DNA of 64,000 bases from Bigelowiella natans CCMP2755 (lineage: Eukaryota > Protista > Cercozoa), in contig ADNK01001088.1 in NCBI GenBank assembly GCA_000320545.1, positions 132,070-196,069 on the forward strand. The letters run 5' to 3'. The translations under genes were made by a program, and so were the position numbers. Positions 12,396 to 25,294 of this stretch are shown here, in pieces. Below the pieces are notes generated by a model. The model was not told where the DNA came from and did not search any database. It was given only the letters and a program-made list of their open reading frames with translations. Positions within the stretch are counted from its first letter, which is position 1. Each line of letters starts with the position of its first letter.

Positions 12396-13078
12396 AGATT
12401 ATATTTGGGAAAATACTACTATTTCAAGGGTTTTCATCATTTCAACGCACAAAACAATGCTGATGAATCTTGTGTCACTGTGGTTAGGTATTTTGTCTGC
12501 GGAAGTATCAAAACCAAAATTTCAATGAAGAACTGAGATAGACAAGTTTTATTCATAAAATTTCGACACGTAACTGAAAACTAGGTTGCATTTCATGCAT
12601 TCCTGCTAGCTAGCTAGATTGCATGCATGTGTAATGTCGCACGGGTTTGCTCCAAGCATCGTAGTAGATTCTGACGCTAGCGTGCACGGAATAGTGTGCG
12701 TCCCATAGTCCGTTCACTTGTGTGCATGTTCATGTTGTGTGCACACGTGTGTGTGTTAACAAATTTGGAGCGAACGAACACTAGAACATGAGGATTATTC
12801 GATCAACAAATTCTAGAATCATTGATAGCTGTGTGCAGCTGCGCACATCGCATCGTAGCTGCGCGAAACTGCATTGCATGGGCGGAGAGGGCTGGGGCAC
12901 GCATGGTCTTTTTGAATGAAAATCAGAATCAGAGCACCGCACTGTGCATACACATGATGATAAACCTTCGCTAGCTTCGGTGAGCTGCTCTGGTGCTTGC
13001 ACATCATGTGCACAGGGCGTGCATTTGTTGGTCCAGACATGCATGATTATATGATGCCGCACACAAACTAGCAAAGAC

Positions 13079-13121
<43 letters not shown>

Positions 13122-13208
13122 ACGTGTCACAAGTCATGAAGAAGAAAGCATTCTCTTGTACTACTCGTCGAAAATATTTGGACGATGAGTGAAGTAAAGT
13201 CGTCGCTG

Positions 13209-13320
13209 CACAGAATCGATGCGCTGTTGTAGCTGCTGTTTTGTATAGCTACACTAGGATGACCATTGAAAACATTTAATTACTTCATTACATCCGTTAA
13301 TCCGTCTCACAGAATCGATG
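13209..13320. repeat. Solo copy of the MITE-like terminal motif, flanked by a 13-bp direct repeat CACAGAATCGATG
   Basis: TAGGATGACCATTGAAAACATTTAATTACTTCATTACATCC at 13255-13295. Identical 13-mers at 13209-13221 and 13308-13320. Confidence 0.6.
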
Positions 13321-13361
13321 TGACGCGTTGCATGTTGAACGCATTCGCAAATCTGTCACGG

Positions 13362-13942
13362 CTACTGTGACTTTTCTTCATCAGACAACTGCAATGCTTC
13401 TAATATGCCATAAAAAAGGCGAATTTCACGCACAGTCAGCTTCGGGTTCTCAACGCGACCAGCAATTGCCCGTAACATTGAAGCAGCTGACTTAGGCTGG
13501 AAGATGTATTTCAAAGTATTACTTCTTTGAAAGAAATATAATCTAGTACTTATCTTAAATCGTCGAAGATAGAATACCATCAACACCATTTCGAAATTGT
13601 GTCACGTATTTCACCCACACACCAACTGTATTGCCGTGTAACTATTTCTTCTTACATCTTTGAATCTTCGTGATCCCGCAATTTTTTGCTCTATTTCTTC
13701 CAGGAGCCTGTCTACGTTCCCTCTAGTCGCAAGTCTGTTGATTGAAAAAAGAAATACGACGAACCTTCTTCAGACAAACCTTAAAGAAAAGTGTCAATTC
13801 GCTTGAACTCACTCTGTGCTGCCTGATGACGTTGCATCCTTCGAAGTAGACTCTGTTTCGTTATCGTCGTCTTGACGAACCGCATACATCTGCACAATCA
13901 TGTGATGTTTCATGGTGTTAAACCATATTTCGTATTATTAAA

Positions 13943-13997
<55 letters not shown>

Positions 13998-15479
13998 TTT
14001 TGTTTTGAGATACTATAATACCATACCATCAATTCAGTCTATACTAGCGGGGTAATCAGCAGCAGCAGCTATTTCGAGACATTACGCCGCCAACTCTCAC
14101 AGTTTTTCTTTTCAAACCTCAGATGAAACGACGGTGACAGCTTGCGCCAGGTTTAGAGCACGAAACGACGGCAACGTTGGAATGTAAAGAAGCAAGTCTG
14201 CAACACTAACAAGATATTTCTAAATTATCGTGTGCCTCCCTCTTTTGAGGTGAGAAGAAAATCGTCAGCAGCTATCTCCTCATCATTGGTGAATTGTCAC
14301 CTTAAATCTTCCGTCGTTAATCCGCTAGTTTCAGGGCCAAAGAGAATTCCCACCTTTTCATTTTTCCCACCTTTATCAGAAAAATCACTCCAGGTCATGA
14401 ACGTCATATCGGGTGTTTATATGATAAAATGCTACGTGCTTCTCTTGCTCGAAGGGCAGAATTTCTGCTGGAGAGCCAAGGTCTGCTCCCTTTTAAGGTT
14501 TTTTAAAAACAATAGATTAATTGTAATAATGAGGAATTGCTTAAAGAGAAGTCCAGAAGGAACTTGCCCATCGTAGAATTGCAATACCGACCTCCAGCGT
14601 TTCCCGCAAGCCCTCTTTTTCTTGCCGTTGTTGCCATAATCTGTACGTAAACATTTTTATTCATCAAATTTACGCCGATAATCCGGATTTTTCGTATACT
14701 ATGTTCAAATCTTGCGATGCCTCGGAAATGGAATCGTAAATTTTAGCGTTTTCCAGGATCTCCACAGCACCGGCTATTATTGATGATTTATGAGATGATA
14801 CAGAAAACATATTAATCAGTAATGAAATCTCCTTCTTCATTGTTTGGATGAGTACCTGCCCTGGCTTTAGCCTTATCAGACAAATGGTCACATTTCGGGT
14901 TGACTAGTCTCAGTTCATGCAGACCGAAATTCAGCATTGACCGTGCAGCGCTTTGTGTAGAAGAAAGAAGTTTTTTTCATATTTGGGTAGATGTGCTACC
15001 GTTTCAAAATTTTGAGAAAACGGTAGAAATTTAAAAATCTATCACCTTCCTATGTTCTCGTCTAAGAAAGTAGATACGAGGATAATCACAGGGGCCAATG
15101 TGTCGTTTGCTGCGATGCGAAAAGCATTCCGTTTTTGTTCATCGTAGTAGCCGCTTCCGGTAGGGCCTTGTTCCTTTGAAGATCCTACCTGTATCCATTT
15201 GCTTCTTCTTGCATTCCATAACCTTCTTGTTCTAGATTGACTGCCATCGTTCGCATTAGGAGCGCTCAGCAACGGTCGCTGGCGGAGCAGGCACTGCCGG
15301 CTGCCTCTAGCTGCATCAAACCGTTGCAACAACGGAGTTCTAGATCCACCGCGTAATCTTTCTGTGTTGTTCAACTTTACGCGTGTAATAAAAGCCATTC
15401 CTGCGAGAAACAGGAGGAGCGTTGTGCGAAGAGAACGAATGCTCCCGGCATGGTCGCGGGTAGGGGGGTGATGGAACAT
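13362..15479 (-). CDS. trmJ: SPOUT RNA methyltransferase, TrmJ/LasT type, with bipartite (signal + transit) leader; probably plastid-targeted
   Basis: PVIILVSTFLDENIGSAARSMLNFGLHELRLVNP, AGAVEILENA, MATTAR, VGILFGPETSGL, LNLAQAV. C-terminal LTVREIRLFYGILEAL. Leader has hydrophobic TTLLLFLAGMAFI followed by an R/S-rich segment containing RLRGG. Confidence 0.85.
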
Positions 15480-15969
15480 TGGAATGGGTTGTGCAAGAAA
15501 GATGCTCCTGGGAAAAAAAAACAGAAAGTAACGCGGTGGTAACGCTGCTGCAGCTACTTCTAGAGTCTACCGGAACTTCCTATTATTTTCTTCTTCTTTT
15601 TCTTCTTCTTCTTCTTCTTCCTCTTCTTGTTCTTGTTTAGATATATGTGCACGTAACAATAATGACGAGTCATAGTTTTGTTCAAATTATTACCATCCCT
15701 GGCGAGAGCTGCTGATTTGTTGTTGTTGTTGTTGCCCGGTTGTTGGCTGTGCTATTGTTGTCGAGTTGTTGCCGAGCAGTTACCCAATTGGGCAGTACGG
15801 TGTGTGCGCACTCTCGACACGGACCACAAAGCAGCAATGCTACTCGTATTATTTAATAAATCACCGATTTTGCAGATGTCGCAGGTGATGAATCGCCTGA
15901 AATAGACGTAAAAGCTGAGCCAGCTCAGACGAAGACACTCAAGCGCTCACGTGGCTCTTGTTATTCGAC

Positions 15970-16514
15970 ATGGGGTTAGTTGGAAGTAAATGCTTGGGGA
16001 GAGGGGTCAAAACTTTTGGGCGTGGCGTGCATACTCGTGCAGTTCGAGCCGGTGCAAGCCCGAACAAGAGCGGGAGTGTGTATGCCGTGATGGTGAGCTG
16101 GAAAGTGAAGCAGCAATGCATCGACGAGTTTATCGAACTGTCGCTGATGGACGCCCAAGGGTCCGTTGGCAAGGAAGAAGGCTGTCGCCGCTTTGATGTC
16201 ATCCAGGTATTCAAAATAATCCACCTCCGTACGCTTGCATGATCGGATTTGATGAATAATTTGTTCTTTGTTTATTCAGGACAAGAAGAATCCCGATCAA
16301 TTTGCATATTGTGAAGTATGTGCTTTCTTTCTGTAATTTAACTGAAGCCTGTATCTCAATGTACGTTTTTCTCATTTCTAGATTTATGACAACGAGGATG
16401 CCTTCGAGCACCACAAAACTACCGACCACTTCAAGGCTTTTAAGGTTGTTTGCTTCGGGGATGGACGGCATTTAGTTAATTTGAGTACTCTTGATATGAC
16501 TCATAGATTCTTTT

Positions 16515-16555
<41 letters not shown>

Positions 16556-17904
16556 TCACATAAAATTTCAGAGCAAGGTGGGCGATTTAGTCGTAGGAGA
16601 AGAAAAAGTGAGTTTGTGCAAAAACGTTTATCCTACAAGCCCAGGTCAGTTGATCAAACAATCCTTACTGACATTTAAAACAAAAACAATAGTGTGAAGC
16701 TCGAACAAATTTATCAGTCCATTTCTGATTCCTGCTATACGGCTACAGAGACTTGTTGGAACACGAAGAACGATGTGAAAGCTGACAACGATGATTATTT
16801 CAAGAAGGGATCCTTGCACGTGAGTTGTTTGTGAGCTTCTCGATTATCCCCAAAGAATGTTCTGAGTTGTTTCCATTCTTATCCTCCTCCTCCTCCTCCT
16901 CTTCCTTTTTCTTTTCATCTTCTCCTCCTCAAGTCGTCGTGCTCCCCATTCATCATCATCATCACTCTCCGCCTATGATTCTATATCTTCCAGGTGATCC
17001 ACGCTCCAAAGTATGTAAAACCTGAGGTGGCAGACCAGTTCATCAAAGAAGTAAGTTTTCTGTAGTAGTTGGGGGTGCATTAGTAGTATTAGTGTTAATA
17101 TTAGTATTACTAGTATAGGTAATAGTGGTAGCAGCCAACCGATATTCTTCCATTTTGCGCTGCTTGTTTAGATCGTTGCAGATGCAGAGGCATCATGTGA
17201 GCAGGAACCTGGATGCCTTCGTTTTGACGTTTTCCAGAACATCACCGACCCTGGAGAGGTGATATAATCATGTGATAATATTATTTGTCTACCCCCGAAT
17301 TATCAAGCTGGAATTATTCACCCCAACATCGCTGTTTATTGGTACCCATTCTCTCTCTATCTCTTTCCCTCTCTGTCCACCTCCCCCCCCTTTCTTTTTC
17401 TTTGCAGATCTACCTTTATGAGGTGTATGCGAATGAGGATGCTTTTGCGTACCACATGGGAACTCCGCATATTAAAACTTGGATCGAAGCAACCAAAGAG
17501 TGAGACAACAGACGATTTCCTCTTCCATTTCGAGGGAGAGAGGGGGGGGGAGCGAGAGAGAACAGATGCTCTAGTTTGTCTAATATTTGGGCATTACTGC
17601 CGCTACAATTAGCATGTATCAAGAGTCCCGGGAAGGCAAGACGATTGAGGAGTACCAGAATAGTGTAACGTGAGTAGCATTCACACTCTCAACGATCTTA
17701 CTCAATCAAACAAATCTGCCTTGACTTGACCTCGAACATCTGATGATGACGTTGATACGGCCTTGTGTCTTATCAATTCTTAATGTATTGACAAGGCACC
17801 ATTCCATAGTCTGAGATGATGAAAATTAACTACTAAATCCTACAATCAGACGAATTGGACGCAATGTTTGGCCTGCTGACAATGCTGGATGGAGCGTATA
17901 TTAA
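15970..17904 (+). CDS. Tandem two-domain ABM/LsrG-like protein with basic, acid-free N-terminal presequence (mitochondrial-like)
   Basis: Domain 1: DEFIELSLMDAQGSVGKEEGCRRFDVIQDKKNPDQFAYCEIYDNEDAFEHHKTTDHFK. Domain 2: EPGCLRFDVFQNITDPGEIYLYEVYANEDAFAYHMGTPHIKTW. In-frame stop upstream of ATG 15970. Last exon GRNVWPADNAGWSVY*. Confidence 0.8.
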
Positions 17905-18240
17905 AGACAGCGCACAATGGAATCTATCAGCACAATCTAGACCATAGACATAGTATCGGCTGCATATTTTATTTATTACATTTATCTTACTGTTACCTTG
18001 AATTTTGTGGGTATAATGAATCCCCGATATACACATATAGTTAAATTAAATAACGAATATCAAACGATAATTATGTATGCGTCGCATGCTACTCCGCTAG
18101 GTCTAGAGATGTCACATAGCAACGATCGATCGTGTCGATTATTGCAACTATCTAGCTATGCATAAATAAGCACCGTGCGAGAACATAAGATATGATCGGT
18201 CCTGGCCAGTAATCGACTGAGCATCACTGTTTATGATTAC

Positions 18241-18557
18241 GAGACGAATGTAATAAAAATAATCACATTTTTTCAATGGTCATCATATATATGTGAAAAA
18301 CCAATGATTCAACCTCCCGGCATTACTAGATTATATGCATCCGGATAGCAACCTGTAGTAGCGCATCATCAAGCTAGCCAAGGGCATCATGGCGATGCTG
18401 AGAGCAAGAAACATCTAGAATGTGTTGCATGTTATTTGCCACTAAACAAACAGGCACAACATAACATAAGTGCTCCAGCCGCTGCGTTGCACAGCTACTT
18501 TACTAGATTAGGATGACCATTGAAAAGATTTAATCAATACTTCATTACATCCATCTC
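18241..18557. mobile_element. Degenerate MITE-like element with ~47-bp imperfect terminal inverted repeats
   Basis: Left end GAGACGAATGTAATAAAAATAATCACATTTTTTCAATGGTCATCATA aligns with the reverse complement of the right end, GAGATGGATGTAATGAAGTATTGATTAAATCTTTTCAATGGTCATCCTA. No coding capacity. Related copies occur elsewhere in the window. Confidence 0.55.
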
Positions 18558-19180
18558 ATGCTAGCATGTTTACGACTAGTACTCAAATAGTAGCTAGTAC
18601 GTCTCTGAGAAGGACGTACAGGATGAAACGATTGTATTTTCACAAATGGTCGTCATATCTTAATTAATGTAGTCTATGTACACTAGTGTTCATGTTAGCA
18701 TTTACGCTCTAGACTCTGGCTAGCGTAGCGCTAGCGTGTCACAATGATTACATTAGCAAAAATCCACATGACAATGGCGTTGAATGTCTAATAACGCGCT
18801 AGCGCGCTGCGTTATGTGCTAGCGTGTTCTTTCTAGTGTTACCATGAGGTCTATGCACCAGACATACAAGGCATTTTGCGTATAGTATCGTACATCTATA
18901 TAGTCCTCTGTACCTTCTCATACATCTGAGACATTTAGACATTGACTGCTAGACGCCATAGTTGAATAGCAGCAATATTACTTTTTAGGAATTATCGATC
19001 TGGCCATGCTCAAGTTTCGATCAAGAGCGCTTTTCCAAATATGAGAGGTTTCCATTGTATTGGTGAAGGGGTAATTGTGCTGTACGAACTTGGAGGACAT
19101 TGACTCATGCATTACACGTCATTTGCGCTCTCTCATTCATTCATCGAGGATCAATCAATAAATTCCTTGCTCTCTCACAG

Positions 19181-21128
19181 CTAAAATCCTCCTGACCTTG
19201 CTAGTCCTGCTAGGTTACCACTACGACCAAACCCCCCCCCTCCGGTTCGTTGGAAGCCTCCCCCCCCTCCCAGTGCCATCCCAGAGTCACTATTTTGGTT
19301 CGTCCACGTTGAAGATGGCGACATCTGCTCGGCGACAAGTGCCAGCTCTCGTAAGCTCTCTCGAACCTCTTCCGGGTCATGCGCATAGTAGTGAGCTTGG
19401 CTAGGTTTCAACCCAACGCAACATGTCACGATCTCGTATCTGCAGCATTCACAAGAAGACCCACAACGAAGGACGAAGGGAAGGAAACACATACCACAAT
19501 TATCAGACATTCCAAAATTTTATGAGCCGAAAGAGTTTATGATTTGCAAACAGTTTGAAAGGAGAGAATTGACAATGATCTTGATTCCTTACTTCAAGTC
19601 GTCTCTCTGGAGAACGGGACTGTTTTGCAGCGCACTGAACATTTTTTCATCAGATACGTCGTCTCCAACCTAAAGTTGATATTTTGTTGCGCAAGGAAGA
19701 AAATTTTGAATTAACTAGCCCTCATCATGTTTCCTAATGAATTCAAGTGTCTAGTCTCAATATTACCGCCATCAAGAAAAGAGGGTCTTTCATGTATGAT
19801 CGCAAGGTGTCAATGAGGAGGGAAGTGGTGAGTCCTTTATTTACTCCCTACAAAGTATCAACGGACTATTAGCTATTTGAAGAAAATGATGATAGATCGC
19901 AGATGAGAACACAGGAATAAGTAATAGAAGGTGATTGGTTGAAGTTTACTCCTGAATCGACTACTACCTTCGGTAGGATTTCTAGGATTCGATTGTCATC
20001 GTAGACCACAATGTCGATCACGTCATCCGCAATCAGCTGAGATATTAATAGTAATTTGGATTCATGATCGGGAAAATAACGATAGTAATGGGATTCGATG
20101 GCAGGCAAAGCAGTTGCAAACGTACGAAGAAGAAAGACAAGTACTCTTTATGAAATAATGCCGCACCTCCATTAGGTATTTCTGCATTTCTCTGGCTTGC
20201 ATTTGGCCATAATCTGGGTCCGCACCCTCGAACTTCCAGACGATGCCGTACTCTTTATCTTCAATCATTGCCCCATCCGTGCGCTCATCGTATGCCTGAC
20301 AACATTGGATATGTTTTCACCATGGTGCAGGGAAGCAGGAGGAGGAGGAGGAGGAGGGGGAGGCGGAAAAGAGCAGAACCGCTTCAAGATTTTGAAATTA
20401 TGCTTCTCTGCTGCTCAATCAATCACAGTCCATCCTTTCCTCTCCCCACCCATCCTTGTTCCCTCTCTCCTCGCCAATGCAAAATAACAATAGAACCACA
20501 CCTTGATGACGGGCATTGCTAGCTCCTTCCATCCCTTCTCGTCAGAGTCGCAGAGGGAGTACCACTGGGAGTTGTTGCTGGCCGTTGTTGGCGTTGTGGG
20601 AGTTGACTTGTTTTCATTCCCTTTCATGTCCTCACCTCCTTCTGCCGCTGCTGCTGCTGTGGTCGTAGCCGCAGCCGCCGATCCTGACTTCATTTCAAGC
20701 GCCGAGCACTTTATCTTAGACGATAAGAACAAAATACTCAGAAAATCTTCCAGCGAAGAAGTGTTTAGACGATTATGATCATCATCATATGATTATCATT
20801 ATCATATGATCATTCGTTGTTCATTGTTGTCTCAAAGATCGCTGTTGCCTTTCTTCTCCTATGCCTAATAGGATAGCTCAATACCAGGAGGACCCCCCTT
20901 ACCTTACTACCAACCAATTACCACACCCACTACTACACTAATATGTTCCAACGATAAACAACGTTTGCTGCTGCTGCTATTTCGCACTACTACTGCTACA
21001 ACTACTACTTAATACTACCCATGGAGACTGTCGTGTGCCCCTTTGCAGGGCGATCATTCGCCTCTCCCTGGACCGCTCCGTGCCTTGGATTAAATGAGAC
21101 GGTACGAACGGTAAGCAAGATGCTGTTA

Positions 21129-21165
<37 letters not shown>

Positions 21166-24026
21166 ATTCGAGCATCTCCGAAGCAGCCGCACATGGCCAT
21201 TGAAAACACAGAGACCAGTACTACTGCTGATATACGGATATGGTAGGTAGACACCACTCGCTGTATCTTGTCGTCCTCCCATCCCTTTCCTCATTCCTAG
21301 TACTTTATTTCGTTTGGCACATATGTAGAGGTATCCTCCTCCTCCTCCTCCTCCTCCTTCCCCCGTGCTTCCTACCCCTCCTCTCTTTCTTCTTCTTCAT
21401 TCTCACTTGAAATTCTCTACTACTACTACTACTTCTACTACTGCTACTACTACTTTTGGGTAAGTTGCTGATATAAGAGAGCACGTGCTTCGGCCATCGG
21501 ACGAAGCAGCCCTTTTCGGCTGCAAGCCCTAAGTTCTCGATATCGCCAAAGCACCGGATCAATTTCTCCCTTGTCCTCCCAGATATTATGAACACCTAGT
21601 ATTTGTTAGTTTTCCAGGAGAGCAGTGTTAAATGTGATTTGTATGTCGCTGTCATTATCGCCATCTCCCCAGCAAGACCCCCCCATAACACCGCATGATT
21701 GTATTCTCGTATACTGAATTTAACGTGCACATAGCAATAAAAATTGGGAGTCCTCTTTGCACCAGGCGAACAGGAACATTTATTTATCCACCCGATGCAA
21801 ATGTCGCGGAATCGTCAGTGTCAGGGGTCAAAAAATCCAATTTTCTTAAAAATAAATGATGATCATATGTTCATCGTTGTCATCATCATCATTCGTCAAA
21901 GCATCGGTCACGACAATGTTGGCCTCGTCCTCGCAGAGGGTCCTCAGCGTCTCTTTGAGCTGTGGAGGTGGGGTAGCTCCTGATTTCGTGACTTCAATTA
22001 AGGTTCCATCGTAATCCAGCAAGATCAGCCTGGACTTGCTCTGTGTATGCACGCAGCAAAAATAATAAGAGAGAGAGGAGGAAGAGGATGATGGGGAGAA
22101 TTCAGTAACTCTATGTTGTTTTGTGTCATGTGTAGCACATCCTCTTCAACCAGTCTGGCTTTCATCTCTTACTCCCTAGAGCTACATTTTGACTGCTGCT
22201 ACGCAGGACCACTTATTAGTGGTGTGGTGGTGGTAGTGGTGGGGCATAGAACGCACCTTTCCATATGTTTTGCGGATGCTCTCCATGTCCACTTTCGCAA
22301 AGTCGGAGCGTAAGCCCACAAGCGTCACATCTGATGAGAATCCGACTTGCACAAACCTGCCATGGTCATCGTTTTATGATTAGCGCTAAAGTTGAGAAAC
22401 TGGTAGGCAAACAGGTGCTGCATTGACAAAGACACTCTTCGGCGATAATATTTATTATTTATTTGTTATCACTCTCACCGTAGATTTGAGTTGTATGCGG
22501 AAGCTTTTTTGAGATCCCTGAGAAATGACTTAGCCCAAAGCTCAAGGCTATGGTTCATCACATAGCGGTACCTACACAAATCAACAAGGACACCCAACGA
22601 GACGACGACAACGACGACCCACAGCATAGTATCGTACAACAAGGACCTCTCAACAAAGATAGATCATAGTAGGAGCAATACAAGGCGTGCTATGTGCTTA
22701 TGGTTGCGTGGACGTTGGGAATATTTTAAAGTGTAAATGAAGAACAGCTGCTCTTACCGACGAGCATGGTTGGACCGTCTCTTAGCAAGTGACATCTCCT
22801 GAGAATTCAAACAATTTTTCAGTGAAATCATTGCTTACAGCCACACAGATTAAGGTTTAGCATCAGTCGGTTAGCTCGTCGTTTTTCATTCGACGCATGC
22901 TGCTGTTTAATTGTTTCTGGCTATGAGTTGCGAAAACTTTACCACAGCAGTCTTGATGGCGTCAGCAGTGTTCTGTATCGACCAAGGGTTTACGCGAATA
23001 ACGCCGCTGAGGGATCGCGAACAGCCCATGAACTCGCTAATGACAAGTGCCCCAGGGTCTTCTTTTCCCTGTGACGCAGTGTACTCGTATGGAATCAAGT
23101 TAAGTCCATCCCAGAAGGTGCTTATTATGGCCACATGCGAGAGTCTGTAATAGGCTACTAGTTTCTCCAGGGATGGGTTGTCGTCCGTGGTGATGATGTG
23201 CTGTCCGAACTCGTCTCGAATCTGCTTCACCTCCTTCATCACTAGCTTTCGTACCTCGTCTTGGTCAACGTTACTCGAGGGGAGAATGACCTGACCAAGA
23301 AATCGGAATTATAATCATAAGTAATGACGACGACGACGATGATGACGGCGGCGGCGGTGGGGTGAGCACATAGGGACTTATACCTGTGTGAAAGTAAGGG
23401 AATCTTTCATGTGAGGGTGACTTCTGAGGAAGCGGTAGAACGACTGCAACTTCATTTGCGGCCCTTTAGTCAAGTCCATGTAATCCACACTAACTATGAG
23501 TTTCTTCTTCTTTCGCGAAGAGTTGAGGCCGAGAGAGACTTCGATAGCCTTCATTTCCCTTTTGGTTTAAGTCACATTCCACAACGTCGTAAGTCATCAA
23601 TTCATCTCTCGGGCTAGGACACAGAGTTGTACGCATTGTATCCGCTGGAGTAAATATTACACCATCTACATGAGAACAGATATGTTGGCACCAACCTCTT
23701 GACTTCGGACGATGCAGTAAGATTCTTGAAGAACTCGGATCGCGTACCAACATGGCTAGCAAATGATTTTTTAACATAATGAGAGATTTATATCCCCCCC
23801 CGTCCCCCCATATCCCCCATTTGAAATTAGTGACAATGAAAGATCGCGAGGTGCAATATTTTCTTCTTTACAATATTGCCCCTTTATGAGGTACCTAATC
23901 CGAATTGCAACTGATCTTCCTGCGTATGTGATTCCTATGGAACCTCCGGCTAAACTCTGTATTATTCACAAATTTACGCCAATGATGTCGTTTCCCCCCT
24001 TCATTCCGTCGAAAACAACAACAGTG

Positions 24027-24065
<39 letters not shown>

Positions 24066-25250
24066 ACTACCACCGCCTACTACAACTACTACTACCACTA
24101 CAACTACTCGAATTTGTACCTTATAGTCCAGGTTCATCAGACGTTTAACGCATGAGAGAAAATGGCGCACATAGTCGTACGTTTGAAAGCCAATCAAGTC
24201 GCATGCTAACATCCCTGTCGATTAGCGAATTCCAAATTACTCGCTAAAACAAAAACTTGCTAATTAAAATCCTTCCAAGTCACTTGCATTATATTTCTGA
24301 CACCAAATCAAATGGCCCATTATGCGGTAGCTAAGTAGACCTCGCAAAAGATTTTCTCGTGCTGGCAATGAACGGAATACTTCCGAGGAAGGCCAAGGTT
24401 CATGCTGACAATACAAACAGTTACAACATGATGCATGATGATAATAACACAACTTATCTATGTTTAGAATAAAAAATAGATATTCTAAGGATATCGTGGG
24501 TGGTATTACCACAAAAAGACCGATTCGCGCTTTCGGTAATCGACGGCGTACGAGAGAAGGAACGGAGAGGAGGTGGTATCTAATATGGGACCCAGGGCAT
24601 AAAAATATTAAGATAACAGCGAGACTCGCTCAAATTAAACATTTTAGATACCCATGAATCCATATCATGTTGTCGTTGTTCTCATTGACCCGGGTGACAA
24701 TTTTCGAGAAAAACATGTTGCCAGCGGTGTATGCTGAGAATGAATCATAAGAACACATGTTAGCTTTAAACTTGTTTTCATTACATCAAATGGGATTTAG
24801 GTACATTTTTTTGCAGTGACTGTTACGATGTCATCTGTTCTTTCTTCTTACCTTGCCAAACAGCATCCCAACGTGTGCCAAAGTCCGTATCCAGCTTTAT
24901 AGCTTGCGGCATAACGTAGTGAAAAAGAGGCCAAAGAGTTCCCTAAACCAAAATACGAACAATAAATTATGGTATCGTCCATGGCCATCCTTTTCGGCAC
25001 ATGGCTCATTAACGCTGCTCAAGTATTAATCGTTACCTTGCAAAAGCCTTTGTAGAATTTCTGCTTGATGTCACGAGGCAAAAAGACCGGAAAGCAGTTG
25101 AGCTCCGCCAACTCATCTTCCAAGTCAAATTGCTCTTCCTGAGAGAAATTTCAAAGACTATTGGTTTTGTTCTCATAAATACGATACGTAGATCACAGCT
25201 GATTTGATCGATACATGAATATACAGAAGATACAAAAAATTTAGGATATT

Positions 25251-25294
<44 letters not shown>

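Noticed and set aside
13255-13295. Possible SECIS element (ATGA…AA hairpin)
   Set aside because: No 3' GA for the non-Watson-Crick quartet, and no in-frame TGA needed in adjacent genes.
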